Assembly (NCBI GenBank): GCA_041659205.1
Contig: JBAZYS010000001.1
Span: forward strand, 123,166-187,165
DNA from: Minisyncoccota bacterium
GTDB taxonomy: Bacteria; Patescibacteriota; Minisyncoccia; Phycocordibacterales; UBA9973
DNA length: 64,000 nt
Direction of reading: 5' to 3'
Below, one piece after another: positions 25,745 to 35,698 of this stretch (the stretch's first letter is position 1; the number at the start of each line of letters is the position of its first letter). A program made the position numbers and the translations under genes. The notes below the pieces were generated by a model. That model was not told the origin of the DNA, did not search any database, and worked only from the letters and a program-made list of their open reading frames with translations.

Positions 25745-27676
25745 ATGTATGTAGCAAAAAGATCTCACCATAATCCAATCCTTACACCCTATAGAGATAA
25801 CTATTGGGAATCTTTTGCGACCTTTAATATGAGCGTCATTAAAAAAGGTAAAACTTTTTATGGTGTTTATCGTGCTATCGGAGCAGAAGATAAATTACTT
25901 ACACCTAGCCAAATTTCTATAATAGGTATTGGAAAATCAAAAGATGGTAGACATTTCGAAGACCGTATTCCTTTTATTACACCAAAAGAGGAGTGGGAAA
26001 AATACGGCTGTGAAGATCCAAGAATTACATTTTTTGAGGGTAAATATTATACTTTTTATACCGCGCTTTCGAAATTTCCTTTTGAGGCGAGTGGAATCAA
26101 GGTAGCGGTAGCAATTTCAAAGGATTTAAAAAAAGTAAGTGAACGTCATTTGGTGACACCTTTTAATGCAAAAGCGATGACGCTTTTTCCAGAACGTATA
26201 AATGGAAAGATTACAGTTATTGTGACAGTAAATACAGACATGCCTCCTACAAAAATTGCCGTAGCTCAAGTTAATAAAATAGAAGAATTATGGAATCAAA
26301 AATTTTGGGATAAATGGTATGCAAAAATTGATGAACATGTAATTGATTTAAAAAGGGTCCCTACTGATCATACAGAAATTGGTGCTCCTCCGATAAAAAC
26401 CACCCACGGCTGGCTTATTTTATATTCTCATATACAGCACTATTTTTATTCACCTGATAATCATGACCGTATTTTTGGAATTGAGGCAGTCCTTCTCGAT
26501 TTTGAGAATCCTTTGAAGATACTGGGACGCACTCGTGGTCCGATATTAGTACCCAGTGAGGCATACGAACTTCTAGGTCATGTTCCGAATATAGTGTTTC
26601 CTTCTGGGGCTATTTTGGACAAGGATGTTCTCTCTATTTATTATGGAGCGGCAGATACTACTACTTGTCTTGCGCATGTAAATATTATTGACCTTGTTTC
26701 AACTATGCGCCCACAAACAAGTACAAGGTGGCACTTCTTACGTTCTTTGAATAATCCAATTATAAAACCTGATAAAACACATCCATGGGAGGCGCAAGCG
26801 ACTTTCAATCCTGCCGCTTTACGTATTCGAAATACAACTCATATATTGTATAGAGCACTTTCGGCAGACAATACTTCTACTGTTGGTTACGCATCAACTA
26901 AGGATGGTTTTTTTATTAATGAAAGATTGGTTGATCCTGTGTATATTCCAAGAGAAGGTTTTGAATTAAAAAAAATAGCTGGGGGGAATTCAGGATGTGA
27001 AGATCCCAGGCTGACAAAGATAGGGAAGACTATTTATATGTGCTATACCGCTTTTGACGGCATTGGTCCACCACGAGTAGCAGTTACTTCTATCTCAGAG
27101 AAAAATTTTCTTGCAAAAAAGTGGCAATGGGAAAAACCAATTCTAATTACCCCTGCTGGTTTTGACGACAAAGATACTTGTATTTTGTCTGAAAAAACAA
27201 AAGGAAAATATTTTGTTCTTCACCGGGTGGGTGGAGAAGTTTGTGGAGATTATTTAAAATCGCTTAATTTTACAACAGATACTATTAGGAAATGTATTAG
27301 AATTATTGGACCAAGAAAAAATAAATGGGACAGTGAAAAAGTTGGTATTTCTGCGCCACCCCTGAAGACAAAATACGGATGGCTGCTTCTTTATCATGGG
27401 ATATCTAAAAATCACCATACCTATCGCGTTGGGGCGGCACTCCTTGATATAAATGATCCAGCAATAGTGCTCGCTCGTATTTCTGATCCAATATTTGAAC
27501 CAGAAGAATCATATGAGAAAAGTGGGGTAGTTAATGATGTAGTTTTTCCATGTGGAATGGCGGAAAAAGATGGGATACTCTTTATTTATTATGGTGGAGC
27601 AGATACCGTCGTTGGGGTAGCGACAATAGAGCTCGATATTCTCCTTCGTGCTCTTACTCGAGACATAAAAAAGTGA
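25745..27676 (+). CDS. Tandem double GH130-family glycoside phosphorylase-like protein (two DUF377/GH130 domains).
   Basis: There are two CEDPR motifs (YGCEDPRITFFEGKYY and SGCEDPRLTKIGKTIY), and each domain is about 300 aa. Confidence 0.75.
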   Translation: MYVAKRSHHNPILTPYRDNYWESFATFNMSVIKKGKTFYGVYRAIGAEDKLLTPSQISIIGIGKSKDGRHFEDRIPFITPKEEWEKYGCEDPRITFFEGKYYTFYTALSKFPFEASGIKVAVAISKDLKKVSERHLVTPFNAKAMTLFPERINGKITVIVTVNTDMPPTKIAVAQVNKIEELWNQKFWDKWYAKIDEHVIDLKRVPTDHTEIGAPPIKTTHGWLILYSHIQHYFYSPDNHDRIFGIEAVLLDFENPLKILGRTRGPILVPSEAYELLGHVPNIVFPSGAILDKDVLSIYYGAADTTTCLAHVNIIDLVSTMRPQTSTRWHFLRSLNNPIIKPDKTHPWEAQATFNPAALRIRNTTHILYRALSADNTSTVGYASTKDGFFINERLVDPVYIPREGFELKKIAGGNSGCEDPRLTKIGKTIYMCYTAFDGIGPPRVAVTSISEKNFLAKKWQWEKPILITPAGFDDKDTCILSEKTKGKYFVLHRVGGEVCGDYLKSLNFTTDTIRKCIRIIGPRKNKWDSEKVGISAPPLKTKYGWLLLYHGISKNHHTYRVGAALLDINDPAIVLARISDPIFEPEESYEKSGVVNDVVFPCGMAEKDGILFIYYGGADTVVGVATIELDILLRALTRDIKK

Positions 27677-27717
27677 TATAGTAAAAATATGCTTCTTTTG
27701 GTTGCAATGAATATATA

Positions 27718-30700
27718 ATGAAAAAATTATTACTGACTCGTATTTTAATTGTTAGTACTTTCTTGTTTTGTCTCTTTTTTTCGAGAACAGCTTTTGCGGC
27801 TACTTTAACATTGGGAACTACTGGAGCACTTCCTTTTGATTTAGTAGTGGACGGGGCTGGGAACATATATACAGCGAATTATGTTGCCAGCAATGTTTCG
27901 AAAATTACTCCAGCTGGAGTTTCCACTGTGTTGGGGGTGACGGGTACGAGCCCAGTCGCCATAACTATAGATGCTGCGGGAAATGTGTACACTGCAAATT
28001 CAGGCTCAAATAATGTTTCTAAAATTACCCCAGCGGGAGTGTCAACAATTTTAGGTACTACTGGTTCAAGTCCTTACGGTATAACAATAGACGGAGCAGG
28101 CAATGTGTATACAGCGAATATTGGCTCAAACGATATTTCTAAAATTACTCCAGCAGGGGTGTCTACGATATTTGCAACAACTGGTACTAGTGCACCTTAT
28201 GACATCATTTTGGATGGCGCTGGGAATTTGTATACAGCAAATCCTGGGACGCAAGAGATTTGGAAAATTACCCCCGCTGGTGTCGCTTCTGTTTTAGGCA
28301 CCACTGCGAGTAACGCATACAACTTAGTAATGGATAGTGCCGGTAATATCTACGCGCCAAACTCTAATCCCTCATATACTATTTCTAAAATTACACCAGC
28401 GGGGGCATCTTCCATCTTCGCAGCGGTGACTGCTGACTCTAGTAATATTACAATAGACAGCATCGACAATTTATATATCTCGAATTCCTTTTTGAATAAT
28501 GTTGAGAAGATCACGCCCCTTGGTGTGCTCACGGTTGTGGGTACAACTGGTCTCTATCCGCGTTCTGTTGCGGTGGACGCCACAGGCAATATTTACACAG
28601 GAGACAGCGATTCTAACACTATAACGAAAATTACAAATCCAGCTATCACTGAAACAATACCGGTTCCTAACCCGACAACAACAGATGGTCTATTTTACAC
28701 TTTTGACTCCAATAGTGATGGAGTGATCACTTATGGAGGTTCTTGCAGTTCTGCAACAACGAATGCAGTAGTGGGGAGCAACACAATCACCTTTAATACT
28801 CTTGCAATCGGTACGTACTCTAACTGTTCAATATTTATTACCGACGGGTTTGGCCAGAGCAATACACTCAGTCTCGGATTATTTTATGTAGGTGGAAGTC
28901 ATAACGCTACCGTTTCATCTACGTCTTACACTGTCAGTGTCGGTGGTACGCCGACTGAGACGATAAGTAATGTACCTTACGGAACATCTAAAGCTACATT
29001 TCTTGCAAACTTAACTCCAAACTATGTCGTTCAAACATGGAACGATATTGGTGTTCATGACCCAGTAATTAATGGTGACACTTTGATTATTACTGCAGAA
29101 GATGGCACCACTATAGTGACTTATGATATTTCTGTAATACCTCCAAGTGCTGATGCTACAATTACATCTGCAACATATACCGTGACTGCAGGTGGGACAG
29201 CAAATGAAACTATAAGTAATGTTATGTTTGGAACATCCAAAGCTACTTTTCTTGCAAATTTAAGTCAAGGCTATCCTGTGCAGACATTGAATGATATTGG
29301 GATACATGACCCAGTGGTAAATGGTGACATACTAGTGGTAACTGCAGAAGATGGAATTACAATAGTTACCTACACAGTAGCAGTAAATCCTCAATTAGTT
29401 GGTCCGGCGTCTCTAATAGAATTAGATATTGATATTGCAGGTACAGCTAGTTTTAATTCATATGCTTATGGTCCTAAAAATAATATTTCACTAGATAATA
29501 GATATGTAGTTTTTTCTTCATCTGCAGAAAATCTTGTATTGGATGATACTAATTTAGTAACAGATATTTTTCTAAGAGATACTCAAACAAATACTACAAC
29601 TCGTGTGTCGGTAGCTACTGATGGGGCAGAAGGAAATGCGAGTTCTTATAATACTGCGATTTCTTCTGATGGAAGGTACGTAGTTTTCCAGTCAGATGCC
29701 ACTAATCTTGTATTGGATGATATTAATGGAATGACAGATATTTTTTTAAGAGATACTCAAACAAATACTACAACTCGTGTGTCAGTAGCCACCGATGGGG
29801 CAGAAGGAAATGCGAGTTCTTATAATACTGCGATTTCTTCTGATGGAAGGTACGTAGTTTTCCAATCAGATGCGACCAACTTTGTATTGGATGATACTAA
29901 TTTAGTAACAGATATTTTTCTAAGAGATACTCAAACAAATACTACAACTCGTGTGTCAGTAGCCACCGATGGAACAGAGGGAAATGATTATTCGACAGCA
30001 TCTTTTATATCTTCTGATGGAAGATATGTCGTTTTTGAATCAGTTGCGACTAACCTTGTATTGGATGATACTAATTTAACAACGGATATTTTTCTAAGAG
30101 ATACTCAAACAAATACTACAACTCGTGTGTCGGTAGCTACTGATGGAACCGAAGGGAATAATACTTCCGCTTACTCTGCTATTTCAGGGGATGGTAAATA
30201 TATTGCTTTTCGATCATATGCCACAAACCTTGTAACTGGAGATACAAATAACCAAAGAGATATTTTCTTACGGAATTTGCAAAATAATACTACTACTCGT
30301 GTCTCAGTTTCTTCTTCTGGCGTAGAAGGGGATGGTGCTTCTTATGCTCCTTCCATTTCATCTGACGGAAGATATGTAGCTTTTAGATCGCTTGCCACAA
30401 ATCTTGTAACGGGGGACATAAATAGTTTGTCTGACATTTTTGTACGAGATATTTTAAATAATATCACTACTCGTATATCACTTTCTGTGGACGGGCTAGA
30501 GTCAAACAGTAGTTCTGATTATCCTACTATTTCTGCTGATGGAAAATATGTTGCTTTTCAGTCAAATGCTACAAATCTTATTCCTGATATTCCAGGTTCT
30601 GGCCAGGGTAATTATTATTTAGCTAGAGTTAGAGATCCCATTATTGTCACCCCTGTTCCACAAGATAGTGGTCCGGTTATATTAACTTATGCAGGTAGAG

Positions 30701-31056
30701 TAATGCCTATACTCATTACTCCCATTATTTCAATTACTCCCATTATTCCAATTTCTCCGGTTTTTCAAATGACAGAAACTGTTTGTAGAATAGGAGAAAA
30801 ATTTAGCACAAATACAGGCTTACCCTGTACGTCTTATCAAAATCCTCCAGTATTAAATTGCCCTATTACTCTTACTTTAAGACTTGGCAGTAAGGGAGTT
30901 CAAGTTAAATGCTTGCAGATTGGCCTTAATATATCATCTGATGGTAGTTTTGGCTTAAAAACTAAAGCAGCAGTCATTGTATTTCAAAAGAGTAAAAACT
31001 TAGTACCAGATGGAATTTTTGGGCCTAAATCTAGAGCATTGTGGGACAAGAATTAA
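27718..31056 (+). CDS. Secreted beta-propeller repeat protein. It has an N-terminal repeat region (SKITPAGVSTxxG), six or seven PD40/TolB-like repeats (SSDGRYVVFQSDATNLV..DIFLRD) and a C-terminal peptidoglycan-binding (PG_binding_1-like) domain.
   Basis: Signal peptide MKKLLLTRILIVSTFLFCLFFSRTAFAA is present. The ~58-aa repeats are near-identical. The C-terminus LRLGSKGVQVKCLQIGLNISSDGSFGLKTKAAVIVFQKSKNLVPDGIFGPKSRALW fits the PGBD consensus. Confidence 0.75.
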   Translation: MKKLLLTRILIVSTFLFCLFFSRTAFAATLTLGTTGALPFDLVVDGAGNIYTANYVASNVSKITPAGVSTVLGVTGTSPVAITIDAAGNVYTANSGSNNVSKITPAGVSTILGTTGSSPYGITIDGAGNVYTANIGSNDISKITPAGVSTIFATTGTSAPYDIILDGAGNLYTANPGTQEIWKITPAGVASVLGTTASNAYNLVMDSAGNIYAPNSNPSYTISKITPAGASSIFAAVTADSSNITIDSIDNLYISNSFLNNVEKITPLGVLTVVGTTGLYPRSVAVDATGNIYTGDSDSNTITKITNPAITETIPVPNPTTTDGLFYTFDSNSDGVITYGGSCSSATTNAVVGSNTITFNTLAIGTYSNCSIFITDGFGQSNTLSLGLFYVGGSHNATVSSTSYTVSVGGTPTETISNVPYGTSKATFLANLTPNYVVQTWNDIGVHDPVINGDTLIITAEDGTTIVTYDISVIPPSADATITSATYTVTAGGTANETISNVMFGTSKATFLANLSQGYPVQTLNDIGIHDPVVNGDILVVTAEDGITIVTYTVAVNPQLVGPASLIELDIDIAGTASFNSYAYGPKNNISLDNRYVVFSSSAENLVLDDTNLVTDIFLRDTQTNTTTRVSVATDGAEGNASSYNTAISSDGRYVVFQSDATNLVLDDINGMTDIFLRDTQTNTTTRVSVATDGAEGNASSYNTAISSDGRYVVFQSDATNFVLDDTNLVTDIFLRDTQTNTTTRVSVATDGTEGNDYSTASFISSDGRYVVFESVATNLVLDDTNLTTDIFLRDTQTNTTTRVSVATDGTEGNNTSAYSAISGDGKYIAFRSYATNLVTGDTNNQRDIFLRNLQNNTTTRVSVSSSGVEGDGASYAPSISSDGRYVAFRSLATNLVTGDINSLSDIFVRDILNNITTRISLSVDGLESNSSSDYPTISADGKYVAFQSNATNLIPDIPGSGQGNYYLARVRDPIIVTPVPQDSGPVILTYAGRVMPILITPIISITPIIPISPVFQMTETVCRIGEKFSTNTGLPCTSYQNPPVLNCPITLTLRLGSKGVQVKCLQIGLNISSDGSFGLKTKAAVIVFQKSKNLVPDGIFGPKSRALWDKN
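29530..30580 (+). repeat. Tandem 174-bp coding repeats (six units; the first four are over 90% identical at DNA level) inside the 27718 gene.
   Basis: Unit starts fall at about 29530, 29704, 29878, 30052, 30226 and 30400. Long identical strings such as gatatttttctaagagatactcaaacaaatactacaactcgtgtgtc recur. Confidence 0.8.
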
Positions 31057-31061
31057 AATTG

Positions 31062-31070
31062 TGATATAAT
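31062..31070 (+). promoter_or_regulatory. Extended -10 TGaTATAAT 6 nt upstream of the hpf ATG (leaderless).
   Basis: The context is gtgaTATAATtttaatATG. Confidence 0.5.
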
Positions 31071-31076
31071 TTTAAT

Positions 31077-31472
31077 ATGCAAATAAATTTACAAGGAAAG
31101 GGAATGGAATTAACAGAAGCTATTAAAGATTATGTCTTAAAAAGAGTTACTAATTTAGATAAATTACTTTCTGGTATTGAGAAAAGGGGAGGAGAGGTAA
31201 ATGCAAATTTTGAAGTTGTTAAAACTACAAATCATCACAAAGCCGGTGAGATTTTTCACGCAAGTTGCAAAATTAATCTAGATGGTAAAAGTTTTTTTGG
31301 TGAAAGTGATCATGAAGATTTATATAGTGCAATTGATGAGGTGAAAGAAACCCTTTTTAGTGAAATAAGTAAAAGTAAAGACCGCAAACAAACACTTTTT
31401 AAACGTGGAGCCTCGAGTGTTAAGAAAATGTTAAAAGGTCTCTCCAATAGGAATCCTTTTACTTCTAAGTAG
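31077..31472 (+). CDS. hpf: Ribosome hibernation promoting factor / RaiA family protein.
   Basis: The N-terminus MQINLQGKGMELTEAIKDYV matches the HPF/YfiA consensus (M.I.I.G....T.A...YV), and the length is typical of a short HPF. Confidence 0.75.
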   Translation: MQINLQGKGMELTEAIKDYVLKRVTNLDKLLSGIEKRGGEVNANFEVVKTTNHHKAGEIFHASCKINLDGKSFFGESDHEDLYSAIDEVKETLFSEISKSKDRKQTLFKRGASSVKKMLKGLSNRNPFTSK

Positions 31473-32382
31473 AAGATCTTAGAAAGTCTTCATATTTTAT
31501 CTCTTTTTTACCTTCAGGTAATACTTTTTTTATTATGAATTGTCCGTTTTCTAATGTGGCATCCGTGATGATGATTCTCTTATCATTATGAAAAAAGAAA
31601 GTGCGGGGCCAAGCTGCATAAGCCCTAAATTTATTGTAATTTTTTATAGCATCAGCTTTTAAATCTATTAAACCATCTTCTTTTTTAATTTTTTTACAAA
31701 AGGTTGCTTTTTTTTCATCTTGGATTATTTCTTCGGTATCTCCATTTATATATACAGGTAAAGTTTTTACTAAAAGGTCACCACCCAACTTTATTAAACG
31801 TTTGCGTAATTCTATAGCTTTCTCGTCAGGGAAGATGTTTACTTTTTCTTCACTTATAATAGGACCAGAATCCATCTGGTATTCCATTTTTTGTATAGTA
31901 ATGCCTGTTTCTGTGTCACCGTTTAAAATGGCTGACTCTACAGGTGAGGCACCACGATACTTAGGAAGTAGAGAATAATGTATATTTATGGAGCCCAATT
32001 TAGGAATATTTAAAATATTTTCAGGTATTATTTTTCCATAAGCAACAACCAAGAAGAGCTGGATATTACTTTTATCACCACACATATTTTCCTGCTGGAA
32101 AATTGCTCTTCTCGCCTCGTCAGGCTGCGAAAGGGTTCTAAAAGCAATATCCAGCTCTTCTTTTGTGAGTTTCGCTGGTTGAATGTATGGAATATTATTT
32201 TTTTGAGCCCAGACCTTTACGGGCGGTGGGGTGATAATCATTTTGCGTCCTTGGGGTTTGTCAGGGGAGGTAACAATAAGAGATGGAATATATCCATTTT
32301 CCTTTAAAATTTCTAAAGTTTCCTCAGCTACGTCCGGTGTACCCCAAAATACAAAATTTAAATTATTGTTTTGTGTATCCAT
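31465..32382 (-). CDS. fmt: Methionyl-tRNA formyltransferase.
   Basis: VFWGTPDVA, HYSLLPKYRGASPV and the formyltransferase N- and C-domains are present. It is the last gene of the lepB-hisS-def-fmt operon. Confidence 0.9.
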   Translation of the reverse strand: MDTQNNNLNFVFWGTPDVAEETLEILKENGYIPSLIVTSPDKPQGRKMIITPPPVKVWAQKNNIPYIQPAKLTKEELDIAFRTLSQPDEARRAIFQQENMCGDKSNIQLFLVVAYGKIIPENILNIPKLGSINIHYSLLPKYRGASPVESAILNGDTETGITIQKMEYQMDSGPIISEEKVNIFPDEKAIELRKRLIKLGGDLLVKTLPVYINGDTEEIIQDEKKATFCKKIKKEDGLIDLKADAIKNYNKFRAYAAWPRTFFFHNDKRIIITDATLENGQFIIKKVLPEGKKEIKYEDFLRSST

Positions 32383-32385
32383 AAT

Positions 32386-32946
32386 TTATTTTCTCGCTGG
32401 AAGTTCTTCCTTGATATCTTTAGCATGGTCGATAAAAAGTATACCGTTTAGGTGGTCAGTTTCATGTTGAAAAATTTGAGCAAGAAGCCCGGAGGCACCT
32501 CTTTGGAATTTCTTTCCATTTTCATCGTAAGCCGTGATTATAACCTTTTTGGATCTAAAAGTTTTTCCATAGAGCCATCTGACTGAAAGGCAGCCTTCTG
32601 GTAGCCATTCTTTTTCACGGGAAAGCTTTGAAATTTTTGGGTTGATAAATATTAAATCTTTTAGTATTTCTTTTTTGGGAGCTGGTTTTGCAATATTTTC
32701 ATTTAGAAATTCCTCTTCTCTAGTTTTAGCGAAATCTTTAGCAAATATTTTGCCTGATACGACAAAAATACGTAGTTTGTACCCTATCTGAGGAGCAGCG
32801 ATGGCTACTCCGTCGTCTTGGCTTTTGAGAGAAATCGACATGTCTTTTAGGACATTTTGTATTTTTTTTGTTTTGATATCAGAAATACTCACCTCTTCTG
32901 CTATTTGGTGTAGAACTTTTTCTTTTTGTTGAAGAATTTTCTTCAT
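32386..32946 (-). CDS. def: Peptide deformylase.
   Basis: Motifs GVAIAAPQIG, EGCLS and QHETDHLNG (HExxH) are present. Confidence 0.9.
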   Translation of the reverse strand: MKKILQQKEKVLHQIAEEVSISDIKTKKIQNVLKDMSISLKSQDDGVAIAAPQIGYKLRIFVVSGKIFAKDFAKTREEEFLNENIAKPAPKKEILKDLIFINPKISKLSREKEWLPEGCLSVRWLYGKTFRSKKVIITAYDENGKKFQRGASGLLAQIFQHETDHLNGILFIDHAKDIKEELPARK

Positions 32947-32952
32947 TTGTTT

Positions 32953-34260
32953 TTATTTTAGTTCTTTTAAATATTCTAGAAGTTTAGACATTTTTACTGT
33001 GTCTTGTGATCTGTTTGACATATCTCTAACGATAACAGAATTATCGAGAGCCTCTTTTAATCCGAAGATTATTGAGTAGGGAATAGCGAGTTTTTCAGCA
33101 ATTGCTAATTGAGATCCTAGGCTATCCTTGGACAGAGATTGAGCAATGGGGATGTGGGCTTTACGTAATATTTCTATTATATTTAAGCTTTTTAATTTTG
33201 CTTCAGAGCCTAGTTGAATAAAGTAAATTTTTGGTTTCTTTAGGATACGAGGTGAAAGTTTTTTATACCATTTTGATTCTACTATTCTATCTACTCCCAT
33301 AGAAAATCCAACAGCTGGAACATCTTTTTTGCCTCCAAGTTGTTTTGCAAGATAATCATATCTTCCACCAGAGGCGACTTGAACAGGTAACCCACCTTCT
33401 TCTTCATTTTCCGTGTAAACTTCAAAAACAGTTCGGGTGTAATAAGAAAGTCCACGAACTAAATTTTTATTTACATTATAAGAAATACCCATTTCTTCCA
33501 AGTATTCTAATACTTCTTTGAAGTGTTTTTTACATGAAGGACAAAGAAAAGATACAGAATCTGGAGCATTCATGTTTATTTCTTTTGTTTTTTCTTCTTT
33601 TGAATCGAGAATACGAAGTGGATTTATTTTTAATCTTTCACGATCTATTGCTGGCAAACTACTAATGTGTTTTCTGTAATAATTTGTAAGCTCTTTGAGG
33701 TAGGAATTTCTGCATTCTTTATCACCAAGAGAGTTAATCTCTACAGAAAGATTTTCTGCTCCAGCTTCTTCGAGAATGGTCATACCTGTTTTTATAACAA
33801 GCGCATCCATGATACTCTTCTCATTTCCCAAACAATCTAAATCAAACTGCCAAAACTGTCGGTATCGTCCGCGTTGAGGTTTATCGTGTCTGAATACTGG
33901 ACCATATTGATAAAACATAACAGGCTGAGGCATCGTCTGCATTCCATGCTCTATATAAGCACGCATAAGGGGAGCAGTGTGTTCTGGGCGAAGGGCTAAA
34001 TGATCTCCACCTTTAGTTTTCAAGTTGTACATTTCTTTATCTATGATGTCTGTACCTTCTCCGATAGTAGTGGTAAATATCTCTTCTTGTTCAAGGATTG
34101 GAGTATCGATTGGCTTGAAGCCATAATAGACTGCCACTTCTTGTGCTTTCTCGAAAAAACCTTGAAAACAATAATAGTCTTCATTCATTAAATCACGCAT
34201 TCCTTTTGGTGAGGATATATCTGAGATTTTAGCTTTATTTGTACCTGATGATTTTTTCAT
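32953..34260 (-). CDS. hisS: Histidyl-tRNA synthetase.
   Basis: Class II motifs, GGRYD, GFSMGVDRI and a C-terminal anticodon-binding domain are present. Confidence 0.9.
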   Translation of the reverse strand: MKKSSGTNKAKISDISSPKGMRDLMNEDYYCFQGFFEKAQEVAVYYGFKPIDTPILEQEEIFTTTIGEGTDIIDKEMYNLKTKGGDHLALRPEHTAPLMRAYIEHGMQTMPQPVMFYQYGPVFRHDKPQRGRYRQFWQFDLDCLGNEKSIMDALVIKTGMTILEEAGAENLSVEINSLGDKECRNSYLKELTNYYRKHISSLPAIDRERLKINPLRILDSKEEKTKEINMNAPDSVSFLCPSCKKHFKEVLEYLEEMGISYNVNKNLVRGLSYYTRTVFEVYTENEEEGGLPVQVASGGRYDYLAKQLGGKKDVPAVGFSMGVDRIVESKWYKKLSPRILKKPKIYFIQLGSEAKLKSLNIIEILRKAHIPIAQSLSKDSLGSQLAIAEKLAIPYSIIFGLKEALDNSVIVRDMSNRSQDTVKMSKLLEYLKELK

Positions 34261-34290
34261 ATATTTACTTGTCCCGTAGTGAGTTTTGCT

Positions 34291-34899
34291 CTACTGCTGG
34301 ATTTCTGTTTGCTTATAATTACCTGGTAAAATATCTATTTTATTTATTGGTAGTAGGCGAATGAAAGCTCTTCCGGTGAGAAGATTCCTTTTAACAGCTC
34401 CCCAGTATCTAGAATCGGAGCTCGCTCCTCTGTTGTCACCCATGACGAAATATTCATCATTTTTTAATTCAAAGTGAGTTTCATTATTTGCGGGATTTTT
34501 TACGAAAGGTTGGTCGATTTTTAAAATTGTTGTTTTATCTTCTTTTGTTATTGTTACATCATTGCCTTTTATGTCCACTGTCTCATTCGGAAGACCGATA
34601 ATTCTTTTAATAAAGAATTTTGTTGTGTCGCCTGGATATCGGAAAACCACCACATCATCTCTTTTTGGATCACCTAATTTATAAGATACTTTATCTACAA
34701 TTAAATAATCTCCATTTGCAAACGTTGGTACCATCGAGCTTCCTGAAACAATAAATGGCTCAGCGATGAAAACACGTATTGGGACTACGACGATTAATGC
34801 TATAAATGCAAAGCGTACGAGCTCCCAAAACGATTGCATTTTTGTTTTTTCCTTTACTGATTGTATAGGAAAATCTATTTTTTCTTGTTCCATCGTCAT
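34291..34899 (-). CDS. lepB: Signal peptidase I.
   Basis: SGSSMVPTF (catalytic Ser), GDNRGASSDSRYWG and an N-terminal TM are present. A TGcTATACT box abuts the first ATG, so translation probably starts at the ATG at 34893 (leaderless). Confidence 0.85.
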   Translation of the reverse strand: MTMEQEKIDFPIQSVKEKTKMQSFWELVRFAFIALIVVVPIRVFIAEPFIVSGSSMVPTFANGDYLIVDKVSYKLGDPKRDDVVVFRYPGDTTKFFIKRIIGLPNETVDIKGNDVTITKEDKTTILKIDQPFVKNPANNETHFELKNDEYFVMGDNRGASSDSRYWGAVKRNLLTGRAFIRLLPINKIDILPGNYKQTEIQQ

Positions 34900-34982
34900 A
34901 GTATAGCAGATAAAATCCTTGACAGGTTACTTATATTTGTTTTCTAATAAATTAGAAAAATCTTTAAAGTATAATTTTTTTT

Positions 34983-35046
34983 GGTACGGATTTTTTGAAG
35001 CTTAAAAAATCCTGAAATTCTCGGCTCGTCAGCCTCGAAACCCCGC
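34983..35046 (+). repeat. Left copy of a 64-bp inverted-repeat element. It contains an internal palindrome, ggattttttgaagcttaaaaaatcc.
   Basis: It is the reverse complement of 44735..44798 with 63/64 identity. It lies in the divergent lepB/pth promoter region. Confidence 0.85.
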
Positions 35047-35087
35047 AAAAACTATACTTTTAAGATTTTTTATTAAATGCGATAGTG

Positions 35088-35096
35088 TGTTATTAT
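35088..35096 (+). promoter_or_regulatory. Extended -10 TGtTATTAT 7 nt upstream of the pth ATG (leaderless).
   Basis: The context is gtgtgtTATTATatgaaatATG. Confidence 0.45.
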
Positions 35097-35103
35097 ATGA
35101 AAT

Positions 35104-35643
35104 ATGAAATTAGTTGTTGGTTTAGGAAATCCTGGGAAAGAGTATGAGAATACAAGGCATAATGCTGGACGGATTTTAGTGGGCTTAATTGAGATGAAAT
35201 TCGAAAAAGAGGGTGAAAAAAAGAAAATCAAATTTCTTACCCCTGATACTTTTATGAATAATTCTGGTAAAGCTGTTGCTCCTCTGATAAAAGCGAAAAA
35301 AGATTTGAAAGAGTTGATTGTAGTTTACGATGATATTGATTTGCCACTCGGGAAGATAAAAATTTCTTTTAATCGTTCTTCGGGGGGACATAATGGCCTT
35401 GCCTCTGTTATTAAGTCTGTAAAGAGTGAAGAATTTTTAAGAATAAGAATAGGCATCACGCCAGCCACAGCAAATGGTAGATTGAAAAAACCGAGAGGGG
35501 AGAAAGATGTTTTGAAATTTTTGCTTGGTGAATTTAGAAAACCAGAACTAGAAATACTGAAGAAATTATCTAAAAAAGTCGCTGATGCTGTTGAAACTAT
35601 CTTTGCTGAAGGTAAAGATAAAGCAATGAGTTTGTATAATTAA
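35104..35643 (+). CDS. pth: Peptidyl-tRNA hydrolase.
   Basis: MKLVVGLGNPGKEYENTRHNAG is the canonical Pth N-terminus, with the catalytic His in HNAG. Confidence 0.9.
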   Translation: MKLVVGLGNPGKEYENTRHNAGRILVGLIEMKFEKEGEKKKIKFLTPDTFMNNSGKAVAPLIKAKKDLKELIVVYDDIDLPLGKIKISFNRSSGGHNGLASVIKSVKSEEFLRIRIGITPATANGRLKKPRGEKDVLKFLLGEFRKPELEILKKLSKKVADAVETIFAEGKDKAMSLYN

Positions 35644-35648
35644 TCCTA

Positions 35649-35676
35649 TTGACTTTTTTGTAATATTATATATAAT
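35649..35676 (+). promoter_or_regulatory. Canonical promoter TTGACT-16-TATAAT upstream of the SD-bearing small ORF at 35699.
   Basis: ttgact lies at 35649-35654 and tataat at 35671-35676. AAAGGAGG lies at 35686-35693, 5 nt before the ATG. Confidence 0.45.
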
Positions 35677-35698
35677 AATAAGTTGAAAGGAGGCTCCT

